Shown here in pieces: positions 14,946 through 28,258 of a stretch of 64,000 nt of DNA. Each line of letters starts with the position of its first letter. The stretch's first letter is position 1. Under the pieces are notes generated by a model. That model was not told the DNA's origin and made no database searches. It was given only the letters and a program-made list of their open reading frames with translations. Source of the stretch: the human T2T-CHM13v2.0 reference genome, Homo sapiens. Where the stretch lies: NCBI RefSeq assembly GCF_009914755.1, contig NC_060947.1, one strand, 5' to 3'. Both the position numbers and the translations under genes were made by a program.

Positions 14946-17900
14946 ATGCAGTATTCCAAGCAAAGCTGCCCAATTTATTTGGAGATAATGGAGCTCTGTT
15001 CTTTAAGGCATTTTCTGTGAACAGTTATTTTTCATTAGAGTTTTCAGGCCTCTTTGAAATGAAAAATAGCATTATTTATTTAACTCTCAGAGGCTGATTA
15101 TTTACTTTGTTAATCAATTAGATTATTTGTTTTTCTTTTCTATAATCTGCACGCTGTTATTGCTCAATAAATAGTTATTGGTTAATTGGTTCATTGTCTT
15201 GGGTAATTTTTTTTTTTTACCATTAGTCAATTTCATCAGATGTTGGATGAAGCAGACATAAAACTGCATTTAGTTATGAACATATAGCTATATGAACATA
15301 CTGTATTTTTAGGTAACATTTATTCTCTGAAGACTCTAATCCACATACAATTGCCTTGTGTAGTGATGATTTGGGAAAATCGTTGTAAAAGGAAATATGG
15401 AAATATGGTCTTTTTTGGAAAAATTATAGTCCAAATAGAAGAAACCAATATTAGGATGCAAATAAGAATAATTCACCAGAAGCAATGCTCAGGGCAACGT
15501 ATACCTAGAAAAAATAAAAACCCACCTTGAATCCTGCAAGGTATAAGAAGGGAACTGAACTTTCCATTGCACATGGAATGAGAACTGGAGTTCTTTTCTT
15601 TTTATCTGCTAGATTGATGAATATAACTATTATAAACGAGGTGTGAAAAACATCTAAATAATGTAAATCATTTTTGTTTACGGGATATTGAGTGTATAGG
15701 TACATTTTTTTCTGTTTCTACTTCTCTATAATGAGTCACTCAAACAAACTAATAAACAAGGAGAATTAAGGATAGTAAGGATATATGTGCCACCTTATTA
15801 AAATCTTCTGAGCTCATAAGGCAGTATATCTTTCAAGTGGTATTGTATTTCATCACATACTTTCCTTTTTATTACCTGATATTTTCCCAAAGTGGCTCTG
15901 AGGACCAACTGCTCTCCTTTTCTCACTTTTATAATTCTGTTTCATTATCCTTTAATCACTGGCTAATTTCCACATCAGATTCCAGAGGGAGCCATTCTAA
16001 CAGATTTGACTCATTATTATTGTCTTCATTGTACAGAGCCTTTCTCACTGGGCCATGTTATGGGTCCCCACAAGTCACACATGCTCCATTTGGGTCAGGA
16101 AAACTAGTTTAATTGGTAGTCATTCTTGCACAAAGAACAGCCTCACTATGATTTCTCAAGCAGGGAGAAAGTAAGTAGAGAAACTTTGGCTACAAGAAGG
16201 GTTGGACATGGCAGTCTATAGTCCAAAATAACATTTGTGCCTGAAATATGAACACAATCAAAGAAAAAAGTGCCTTTTCAAGCCCTTCATCTATTTCTAA
16301 GCATCATCTTTTTCTAACTCCTGACAACTGTTTTTTCCTCCCCTCTAGTAATGTATTACTTACTAGTTTTATAAAGTCATCCCCACTGCAGTATTCCACT
16401 CAGGTCCATCCACCACTGAAGTTAATATTTGCTCTAATAGTAACACTTTACTCTTACCTCTCAATTTGTCAACCTTAACTTTATTAAAAATTCTTGCTCT
16501 CTCAGTGCCAAGATCTCATCCAGAATTTACGGGAAAGAAAGGCAAAGTAATTAAAATAATATATACCAAGTAGTAAATGACTATTTAATTTTTACTAATT
16601 TCCCAAGCAGGGAAAAAGTGAGCGGAGAAGCTGTGCCTACAATAGCGGTGGTACATGGCAGTTTATAGTCGAAAATAAATAACATTTGTGTCTGAAATAT
16701 TAAAAAATTCAAGTCTGTGCACCCCCACACCTTATGTATGATGCTTGTTTTTATTAATCAAAATCAGTATCTAGAGGACTTTCAGTTTCCCAGTTGGCTT
16801 GTACAGAGATTATCACTCCTGTCTTAACAACAAGAAAAAAGCAGAACAAACTGAAAATCAGCGACTCCTTTTAGACTCAGCATAGAACTGAGGCCCCAGG
16901 GCAAACCAGTCTTCAAAGTTTGAGACACAGACAGGTGAATACAGAGAACCACAGTTTACTAGAGTGGATGCCTGAGAGTGGAAACTTCCATAAAGATGAG
17001 TACTGGGATGGGTAAACTTAAACTGCAATTCAAAAATTGCTGGAGGCTCAGTTTGGAAAAGCTTTGAGAATTACAAGAAAATCACCAGTCTTATGTGGAC
17101 CCCACACATTTCTCAGTTTTACTTCCGTGAACACAACAAGGTTCTCACAATAAAATTCAGAAAAATTTCCTTATATTCTGGCAAGTGGAAGGGAAAAATA
17201 AGTATGCTGAAATATGCCAAGAGCATTCTTTTCTTCTTAACAAGTCCTGCTGTCCAGAGAAACTATTTTGCCAGAAGCTAACCTACTAGTTTTACCAGAG
17301 CTTAACCAAGTTGGAGGAAGGGAAATACTCAACTCCAGCTCCCTCTAACCTTCATTTATCACCTAATGGGGAAAAACAGAATCATCTGTGCAGGTCACAG
17401 CCCAGAAGCACAGGCTCATCGAAAGATTAACAGCTACACATAAAACTATAGAATGCTTTCTCAGCCTTATATGCTGCCACCACATCAACTAACAACATGG
17501 GAGACAAACTCAAGGACACAAGAAGAAAGTTTAGTATATGACAAATAGAGCTACAGCAAACAGTCAATCCAACCTAACTGCTAGACAGAAAACCATAAAG
17601 CCTCATATTAAAAGCCTATTTACCTCTGTTCCTTTTACCTAGTGAATGATGTCTGGTTTTCATTAAAAAAAATTACAAGCCAAGGTAAAAGACAAAACAT
17701 GCAATACGAAGACACAGAATAAACATTAGAATCAAACTTATGTATTTCAAATGTGTTGGAATTATTAAACCAGGAATTTTAATAGCTAGGTAATATATCC
17801 ATTCTTAGTGGGGATAAAATAATATCTCATTGTGGTTTTGATTTACATTACTGTGATGATCAGTGATGTTGATGTTTTTATATACCTGTTGGCCATAGTA

Positions 17901-18368
17901 TGTCTTTTTTTGAGAAATTTCTATTCATGTTTTTGGCTCACTTAAAAAAAATAATTTTATAAATTCAGGGGGTACCCATTCAGGTTTATTACGTGGATAT
18001 ATTACATAGCAGTGAGGTCTGAATAGTGAACACTGTACCCAATACATAATTTTTCAACACCCATGCATCTCCCAGAGTCCCACCTTTTTGAGTCCTCAGC
18101 GTCTATTTTTCCCCTCAGTCCATGTGTGCCAATTAATTAGTTCCCACTTGTAAGTGAGAATATATGGTATTTCATTTTCTGTTTCTGAGTTATTTCACTT
18201 ATGATAGTGGCTTCTAGCTGTGTTCATGTTGCTGCAGAAAACGTAATTTTATTTTTAACGCTCAGTAGTATTCCGTGGTTTACACATGCCACGTTTTCTT
18301 CATCCATTCCTCCATTGATGGACACCTATGTTGATTCCATGACTTTGCTATTGTGAATAGTGATGTAA

Positions 18369-18750
18369 TGATATGGTTTTGCTCTGTGTCCCCACCGAAA
18401 TCTCATCTCCAGTTTTAATCCCCATAAACCCCACATGTCGAGGGTGGGACCTGGTGAGAGGTGATTGGATCATGGAGGCAGTTTCCACCATGCTATTCTT
18501 GTGATAATGAGTGAGTTCTCATGAGATCTGATGGTTTTATAAGGGGCTTTTCCCCCATCACTTGTTTTCTCTCTCCCTCACCTGCCGCCGTGTAAGACAT
18601 GCCTTTGCTTCTCTCTCACCATCCACCATGATTTTAAGTTTCCTGAGGCCTCCCCAGCCGTGTGGAACTGTGAGTCAATTACACCTCTTTCTTTTATAAA
18701 TTACCCAGTCTCGGGTGTGTCTTTATAGCAGAGTGAGAACTGATTAATAC
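18369..18750 (+). mobile_element. THE1 (THE1C/D-like) solo LTR
   Basis: 'tgatatggttttgctctgtgtccccacc...gattaataca'; TSD tgtaa/tgtga. Confidence 0.9.
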
Positions 18751-18791
18751 ATGTGATAAACATAAAAGTATAGGTATCTTTTTGATATAAT

Positions 18792-19087
18792 TATTTATTT
18801 ATTTATTGAGACAGAGTCTCGCTCTGTCACCCAGCCTGGAGTGCAGTGGTGTGATCTCGGCTCACTGCAACCTCCGCCTCTCAGGTTCAAGCAAATCTCC
18901 TGCCTCAGCCTCCTGAGTAGCTTGGATTACAGGTGTGCCACCATGCCTGGCTAATTTTTGTATTTTTAGTAGAGAAAGGGTTTCACCATGTTAGCCAGAA
19001 TAGTCTTGACCTCCTGACCTCAGATGATCCACCCAGTTTGGCCTCCCAAAGTGCTGGAATTACAGGCATGAGCCATCGTGCCTAGCT
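18792..19087 (-). mobile_element. AluS SINE
   Basis: Antisense dimeric Alu; TSD 'tgatataat'. Confidence 0.93.
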
Positions 19088-21192
19088 GATATAATGATTT
19101 ATTTTCCCTGGGGTAAATATCCAGTATTGCAATTGCTAGATTGAATGCTAGTTCCATTTTTAGTTTCTTGAGAAATCTCCATGGTATTTTCCACAGAGGT
19201 TTTACTAATTTACACTCCCACCAACAGTGTATAAGTATTTCCTTTTCTCCACGTCCTCACCAACATCTATTGTTTTTTTTTTTTTTTTGACTTTTTAATG
19301 ATAGACATCTCACTGGTGTAAGATGGTATCTGATTGCATGGTTTTAACTTGCATTTCTCTGATGATTGCTGATGTTGAGTTTTTTTTGTTTCTTGGTTGC
19401 TTGTGTGTCCTCACTTGAAAAATGTCTTTTCTTGTCCTTTGCCCATTTTTAAATAGGGTTATTTGTTTTATTCCTGTTGAATTGAGTTTCTTGTAGATTC
19501 CAGATATTAGTCCCCTGTTAGATAAATAACTTGCAAATACTTTCTTCCATTCTGTAGATTTTCTGTTCACTCTGCTGATTATTTCTTTTGCAGTGCAGAA
19601 ACTTTTTAATTTAATTAAGTCCAATATTTTTGTCATTGCTTTTGAGGTCTTACTCATGTTTTTTGTGTAGACCAATGCCCAGGACAGTTTTCTTTATGTT
19701 TTCTCCTAATATTTTTATAGTTTTGGGTCTTTAATCCACTTTGGGTTGATTTTTGTGTATGGTGAGAGATAAGAGTCTAGTTTCATTGTTATGCATGTGA
19801 CTATCCAACTTTCCCAGCACCACTTATTTAAGAGGGTGTCCTTTCCCCAGTGTAAATTCTTATTATCCTTGCTGGAGATCATTTTAGCTTTATTTGTTGG
19901 TTCTCTATTCTGTTCCATTTGTCTGTGTGTCTGTTTTATACTAATACTATTCTGTTTTGAATAATGTAGCCTGGAAATGTATTTTGAAGTCAGACAATGT
20001 GATGCCTCCAGCTTTTTTTTTTTCTTAGAATTGCTTTGGTTTAAGATAGCCATAATTAATATTCAAAGGGCTCTAATGGAAAAAGAAGAAAACATGCAAG
20101 ACTGTCTGAGTAATGTAAGTAGAGAGATGAAAACTCTGTCACAGAATCAAAAGGAAATGCTATAAATTAAAACCTCTCCAGCAGAAATGACATATGCCTT
20201 AGATGAGCTCATCGATGGACTGGAAACAGCTGAGAAAAAAAATCAGTGAGCTTAAATAAATGTCAAAAGAAATTACCAAAACTTAAATGCAAAGAAGAAA
20301 ATGAATGAAAAAAAAAAACAGAACAGAATACCCAAGAACTGTGGGACAACTACAAAAAGTGTGACACGCATGTAATAAAAATATCCGAAGCAGAAAAAAG
20401 AGAAGAAACAGAAGAAATGTTTGAAACAGTGATGCCTGAAAATTTTCCAAAAGTAATAATAAACAACAAACCAGAAATCCAGGTAGCTCTTAGAACACCC
20501 AGCAGGATAAATATCAAAAAATCTATACCTAGGCATATTGTATTCAAATTACAGAAATCAAAGACAAATAGAAAAATTTGAAAGAAACCAATGAAGAGAA
20601 ACACCTTACCTACTTACCTATAGAGAAGCAAAAATATAAATTTGATCAGATTTCTCTTCATAAGTCATGCAAACAACAAGAGAGTGGAGTAAGGTATTTA
20701 TAAAGTGTTGAAGGAAGTTAAAATAACCTAGAATTATGTATGTAACAAAATTGGCTTTTAAAATGAAGGAGCAACAAAGACATTCACAGGCAAAGACTGA
20801 GGAAATTTGATGCCAATAGACCTGCCTTACAACAAATGTAAAAATAAATCCTTTATAAGAAAGGAAAATGATATAGGTCAGAAGCTTGGACCAAAATTAA
20901 AAAAAAGGAGTATTAGAGGAAAAATAAATAAAATACTTATATATTTTTATTTTTAGTTTATGTAACATAACAGTTTGCTCAAAATATTAATAATAGTCTG
21001 CTCAAAATAACAGCAACAAAATATTTAATAATTACACATTTTGCATAAGTCAAATGCAGTACAATAATGTTATAAAGGATGAGGGGAAGAGTTGGGAATA
21101 CTCTTTTATAACTTGCTTGCACTACTATGAAGTGATATAATGTAATTTGAAAGACTACATGGATTAATTGTAAATGGCAACAACGTATATAT

Positions 21193-21196
<4 letters not shown>

Positions 21197-21235
<39 letters not shown>
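21197..21235. repeat. (TG)n microsatellite
   Basis: ~19 perfect TG units. Confidence 0.97.
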
Positions 21236-21238
<3 letters not shown>

Positions 21239-22153
21239 AGAGAGAACCGAATGCTAAGAGAGGAGATAAATGGAATTATATAAAGTGTTTAATTGAAACA
21301 AGAAGGTAGAAAATGAGTGATAGACAAAATAGGGCAGGAAGAACAAGGACAATGAGTAGAAAAGTGTACCAAATATGGTAAATATTGGTCCAACTACATT
21401 AATAATCATTTTATACATCAGGAGTCCAAATACACCAATTAAAAGACATAGAGTCTCAGGGTAAATTTAAAAAACTAGATCCAACTATGCTATTTACGAA
21501 AAACAGACTTTAAATATAAAGACCTAGATAGGTTATAAGTAAAGGGGTGGGAAAAGATATTTCATGTTAACTCCAACCAAAGAAAGTTTTGGTAAGGATA
21601 TTAATTTTAGCCAAAGCAAATTTCAGAGAAAGAAAAATTGCCAGTTATCAAGACATGCATTATATAATGACTAAGTACAAATTATCCAATTAAACATAAA
21701 TATATTAACGTGTATGTACTTAACAACACAGTGCCAAAATATAGGAGGCCAAAACTGGCAAAACTGCAAGAAAAATAAATAAAGTAACCATTATAGTTAA
21801 AGATATTAATATCCCTCTCTCAGTAATTATCAGATCCAGCAGGTAGACAATCAAACAGGATATTGTTAAACTAAAAGACGCCATCAAAAAAACGTATCTA
21901 ATTGATATCTATAAAATACTTTTTCCAAGACCAGAGCACTACATATTCTGCTAAAATGCACATGCCAAGAGAGACCACAATCTGGGCCATAAAGTACAAT
22001 TTAACAAATTTAAAACAGTAAAGTTATACAAAATGTGCTCCCAAACAACAATGGAATTAAACTAGAAATCAATAACAGAATGATAGTTAGAAAGCCCAAA
22101 ACACGTAGAGGTAAAATCCACTCTTTTAAGTAACATATAGGTCAAAATTGGTA

Positions 22154-23738
22154 TGAAAGAACATACCATGCTCTTGCATTGGATGAACCAATGTCATTAA
22201 AATGATCATGCTGCCCAAAGAAATCTACAGATTTCACATAGTCTCCATGAAACTATCAATGCCCTTCACGAAATTAGGAAAAACAATTGAAAAGTTCCAA
22301 CAGAACAAAAAAGAACCTGAATAGCCAAAGCAATCTTGAGAAAAAAATGGACAAAGCTGGAGGTATTATATTACCTGAAAACAGCATGGCACTGGTATAA
22401 AAATAGACATGTAAATCCATGGAACAGAATAGAGAACCTAGAAATAAAACACCATACCTACAACTAGCTGTTCTTTCACAAAGCCAACAAAAATATATAC
22501 TGGGGAATGTACACCCTATTCAATAAATGGTACTGGGAAAATTAAATGGCTACATGCAGAAGAATGAAACTGGAACCCTATTTCTCACCATATACAAAAA
22601 CTAACTCAAGATGGTTTAATACTTAAATGTAAGACTCAAAACTATAAGAACACTAGAAGAAAACTCAGGAAAAACTCTTTTGGACATTGGCCTATGCCAA
22701 GAATTTATGACCAAGTCCTCAAAAGCAAATACAATAGAAAAGTAGACAAATGGGACTTAAAGAGCTTCTGCACAGCAAAAAAAAAAGCTAGAGTAAACAG
22801 ACAACCTACAGAATGGAAAATATATTTGCAAACTAAGCATTCAGCAAAGGGCTAATATCTAGAATCTACAAGGAACTCAAACAAGACAACAGGAAAAAAA
22901 CAAATAATATTATTTAAAAATGGGAAGGGATATGAACAACCATTCTTTAAAAAAAAGACATACGAGTGACTAAGAAACATAAAAAATCCTCAACATCACT
23001 AATCATCAGAGAAATGAAAGTTAAAACCGCAATTAGATACCATCTCACACCAATCAGGATGGCTATCATTAAAAAGTAAAAAATCAGCAAATGGTGGGGA
23101 TGCAGAGAAAAAGGAATACTTATACTCTGTTGGTGGGAATGTAAATTAGTACAACCTCTATGGAAAACACTATGGAGACTTCTCAAGTAACTAAAAATAG
23201 AATTATTATTCTATTCAGCAATCACATTACTGGATATCATCCAAAGGAAAATAAATCATTATATCAAAAATATACCCACACTCATGTATTTATCATAGCA
23301 CTATTTACAATAGCAAAGTCATGGAATCAACATAAGTGTTCATCAATGGATGATTGAATAAAGAAAATATGGTATATATCACGGAATACTACACAGACAT
23401 AAAACAGAATGAAATCATGTCTTTTGCAGCAACATGGATGGAACTGGAGGCCATTATCCTAGATGAAATTACTCAGAAACAGAGCGCCAAATACTACGTA
23501 TTCTCACTTATAAGTGGGAGCTGAAGAATGGGTGCATCTAGCATAAAGAGTGGAATAACAGACATTGGAAACTACAAAATATGCGAGGGTAGGAGGCATG
23601 AGGGTTGAAAAATTACCTATTGGGTAATATGTACACTGTGGGTGATAGGTACACTAAAAGCCCAGACCTCACCACTATGCAATATATGCATGTAAGAAAT
23701 CTGCATTTGTACCCCTTAAATCCATGAAAATTTTAAAA
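22154..23738 (+). mobile_element. L1MA-type 5'-truncated LINE-1
   Basis: ORF2 C-terminal remnant and L1MA 3'UTR ('gttgaaaaattacctattggg'); TSD 'aaaattggtat'/'aaaatggtat'. Confidence 0.85.
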
Positions 23739-24530
23739 ATGGTATCTCAAGAGAAATTTCTACATGTTTAAAATAAAATGAAAATGAAAATACAAATTAT
23801 CAAAATTTGTGGGATGCAACAAAAGCAGGGATTAGTGGGAAAGTTATAATATGAATGTATATATTAAAGATCTAAAAATCAATAGTGTCTTTTATCTGAG
23901 GAAAATAGAACAAATTACATTCAAAGAAGCAGAACAAATGTTAGAGCAGAAATTAATGCAATTGTAAACAGGAAAACAATAGGGAATATCAACAAAATCA
24001 AAAGCTGATTATTTGAAAACATCAACAAAATTGATGAACTCTAGACAGGCTAATCTAAAAATGGAGATTATGTAAATTACTAATATGAGAAATAAGATAA
24101 TTTTAGTAATTTAAATTTTAAATTCAGTAATTTACTGAATTTGAGGGCATTAAGATGATACTAAACATTTACTGAATTCGAGGGCATTAAAATGACACTA
24201 AAAGAACATTGTGAACAACTCTATGCCTATAAATTTTGTAAACTAGATAAAATTAACCAACCTTGAAAGACACAATGTCAAAGCACAAAAAAAAGATACA
24301 AATAAATATCTTTTGTGAACATAGATGCAAAAATTTCCCCAAAATATTAGCAAATCAGGTTCAACCATGTACAAAAGTAATTATACTACACAAACAACTG
24401 TGATTAAGTTCAGGTGTGTCTAATGCTGATTTAGTATTCAAAAATCAATAAATGTAATTCATCACATCTGCAAGCTAAAGAAGAAAAATTATATGATCAT
24501 ATCAACAGATGCTGAAAAAGTATTTGACAA

Positions 24531-25033
<503 letters not shown>

Positions 25034-25219
25034 TCAATCACTCTTAATAAAAGCTGTCAGCAAACTAGAAAATAGAGGAGAATTTTGTTAAATTGATAAA
25101 AGTGGATCTAAAAAAACCCTACAGTTAACATCATACATAGTGGTGACAAACTAGATCAGTAACAAAGCAAGGATATTTGCTCTTACCACTCCTATTCAGC
25201 ATCATATTGGAAGTCCTAG

Positions 25220-25629
25220 TTCTTGACTCCTCCAAATTTCATATTGAGATTTGATCCCCAATATTAGAGATAGGGCTTAATAGGAGGTGTTTGTATCATG
25301 GAGGCATATAACTACATAGATTAATGCTCTCCCTAGGAGGTAGGGGCTGAGTGATTTCTTTCTATATTAGTTACCACAAGAACTGGTTGTTAAAAAGAGC
25401 CTGGCACTTCCCATCTCTCTCTTGCTTCCTCCCTTTCCATGTGGTCTCTGCACATGCTGGCTCCCTTTCACCTTCTGCTATGAATGGAAGTAACCTGTGG
25501 CCATTGCCAGATGCATATCCCTAATCTTGAACTTTTCCAGACATCAGAACTATAAGCCAAATAAACTTTTAAAAAATAAATTACCCAGCCTCAAGTATTC
25601 ATTTATAGCAACACAAACCAACTTAGACA
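25220..25629 (+). mobile_element. MST-family (MSTC/D-like) solo LTR
   Basis: Ends 'aataaattacccagcctcaagtattcatttatagcaacacaaaccaacttagaca'; TSD 'cctag'. Confidence 0.8.
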
Positions 25630-26305
25630 CCTAGCCAATGTGATAAACAAAGAAAAGGAAACAAAAGGTATATAAAAAGTGAGGTTTATCTCTGGGAATC
25701 AAGGATGTTTCAACTTATGAAAATCAATTAATGTGATACACCATGTTTACAAATTAAAGAACAAAGACCACATGATTATCTCAATGGATGCAGAAATGAC
25801 ATTTGGCAAAATTAAGTATCCTTTTATGATTAAAAAAAATAACTCTCAACCAGGAAGAGAAAAAAAGTACCTCAACTCAATAAAGGCTGTATATGAAAAG
25901 CTTCCAGGTAACATTATACTCATTGGTGAAAAACTGAAAGCTTTTCATCTAAGATCAGAAACAAGGCAAGAATGCCCGCTCTCACCACCTGAATCAACAT
26001 AGCATTGGAAGTCGTAGCCAGAGGAATCAGGCAAGAGAAAGAAATAAAAAACACCCAAATTGGAAGAGAAGCATTAAAATTGTCTCTCTTGCAGATGACA
26101 TGATTTTATATTTAAGATTACCAAGACTCCACCAAAAAACTCTTAAAGTTGATAAAGAAATTAAGTAATTTTGCAGGATACAAAATCAACATACAAAAAT
26201 CCGTTGCATTTCTTTACAAAAAGGATGAACTATCTAAAAAGGAAATTAATAAAAACAATCCCATTTTAAACTACCATATGATCCAGCAGTCTTATTTCTG
26301 AGTAA

Positions 26306-28125
26306 CAAGACATATGTCACTTTATTGTGCTTCACTCTTTACTGCACTTTGCAGATGTGTTTTCACAGAAACACCACATGCTAACAGGTATCAATCCTAT
26401 GTTGAGCAAGTTTATTAGTGCCATTTTTCAACATCATGTGCTCATTTTGTGTCTCTGTCTTACATTTTGCTAATTCTTACAAGATTTTTAACTTTAAAAT
26501 TATTATTATATCTGTTACGATGATCTGTGGTAATCTTTGATATTATTATTTTAATTTGTTTGGGGCACCAAGAACTGCACCCATATAAGATGGTAAACTT
26601 AATTGAGAAATGTTATGTGTGTTGTTTTTCTCACTAGCCATTCCTTCACTTCTGTTTCTCTCCTCAGACCTCTCTATTCCCTATGACACAACAATATTAA
26701 CTTAGGTAAATTAGTAACCCTGCAATGCCCTCTAAGTGTTCAAGTGAAAGGAAGAGTCAAATATCTCCCAGTTAAAATTAATAGCTAGAAATGATTAAGC
26801 TTAGTGAGAAAGTCTTGCCAAAAGGGAAGATAGACTGAAAGCTAGGCCTCTTGCATTCAACAATTAGCCAAGTTATGAATGCGAATGAAAAGCGCTTAAG
26901 ACAAACTAAAAGGATGACTCTGGTAAACACACCAACAAGAATGCAAAACAGCCTTGTTGATGATATGGAGTTTTATTGTCTGCACGGAAGATCAAACCAG
27001 CCACAACATTCCTTTATGCCAAGGTCTAATCCAGAGAAAGTCCTTAACTATTAAATTTCATGAAGACTGAGAGTGTTGAAGAGGCTGCAGAAGAAAAGTT
27101 GGAAACCAGAATGATGGTTCTTGAGGTTTAAGAAAAGAAGCCATTTCCATAACATAAAAGTGCAAGGTGAAGCAGCAAGTGCTGATGTAGAAACTGCAGG
27201 AAATTATCCAGAAGATCTGGCTAAGATAATTGATAAAAGTGGCTACATTAAACAGCAGATTGTCAATGTAGACAAAAGGAACCTTATATTTTACTAAGAT
27301 GCCATCTGGGACTCTCATACCTAGAGAAGAGAAGTCAATGCCTGGCTTCAAAGCTTCGAAAGACAGGCTGAATGTCTTCTTAGGGGCTACTCCAGCTGGG
27401 GACTTGAAGTTGAAGTCAGTGCTCATTCACCATTCCGAGAACCCAAGGGCTCTTAAGAATCATTCTAAATCTACTCTGCTTGTGCCCTATAAAAGGAAGA
27501 ACAAAGCCTGGATGACAACATATCTGTTTACAGCATAGTTTAATGAATATTTTAAGCCCACAATTGAGACACTGCTTAGAATAAAAAATATTCTTTTCAA
27601 AATAGTACTGATCATTGACTGTGCACCTGGTCACCCAAGCTCTGATGAAAATGTACAGGAGATTAATGTTGTTTGTATGGCTAAGACAACATCCATTCTG
27701 TAGCCCGTGGATCAAAAAGTAATTTTGACTTTCAAACATTATTAAGAAATACATTTTGTAAGACAGCAGTTGCCATAGATACTAATTTCTCTGATGGATC
27801 TTAGCAAAGTAAATGGAAAACCTTCTGGAAAGGATTTGAAGGGTTTGTCATTCTAGGTGTTATTAAGAACATTTGTGATTTATGTGAGAAGGGCAAAATA
27901 TCAACATTAACAGGAGTTTGGAAGAAGTTGGTTCCAACCCTCATGGGTGACTTTGAGAGGTTCAAGAATTCAGCCAAAGAAACACCTGCAAGATGTGGTG
28001 GAAATCACAAGAGAACTAGAATTAGAAGTAGAGCCTGAAGCTATTACTAAATTGCTGCAGTCTTGCGATAAAACTTGAATGGATGAGGAATTGTTTCTTA
28101 TGGATGAGCAAATAAAGTACTTTCA
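26306..28125 (+). mobile_element. Tigger1 (TcMar-Tigger) DNA transposon, 3'-truncated, decayed transposase
   Basis: Tigger1 5' end; peptide remnants STISQVMNANEK and REEKSMPGFKASKDRL..HSENPRALKN..NKAWMT. Confidence 0.92.
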
Positions 28126-28258
28126 TTTTTTAAGCATCTTTATTTAGATATAAGTCACATATCATAAACATCATACATTTAAAGTGTGCGGTGCAATGAT
28201 TTTTAGTATATTCACAATTTTGCAACTATCATTACAATCTATTATTAGAACATTTTTT
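28126..28258 (-). mobile_element. L1MB-like 3' end
   Basis: 'ctttatttagatataagtcacatatcataa...tttaaagtgtgc...tagtatattcaca'. Confidence 0.65.

Larger units (their letters stand above)
17790..20040 (-). mobile_element. L1PB-like 3' fragment (plus a short preceding L1 piece) inserted antisense in the host L1M
   Basis: 'aattcagggggtaccc...acgtggatatattacatagcagtgaggtct' 3'UTR; ORF2 remnants 19310-20053 ([20 protein letters not shown]). Confidence 0.8.

Noticed and set aside
26851-27754. Functional or domesticated Tigger transposase
   Set aside because: Fragmented by many stops and frameshifts; 3' end and right TIR not found
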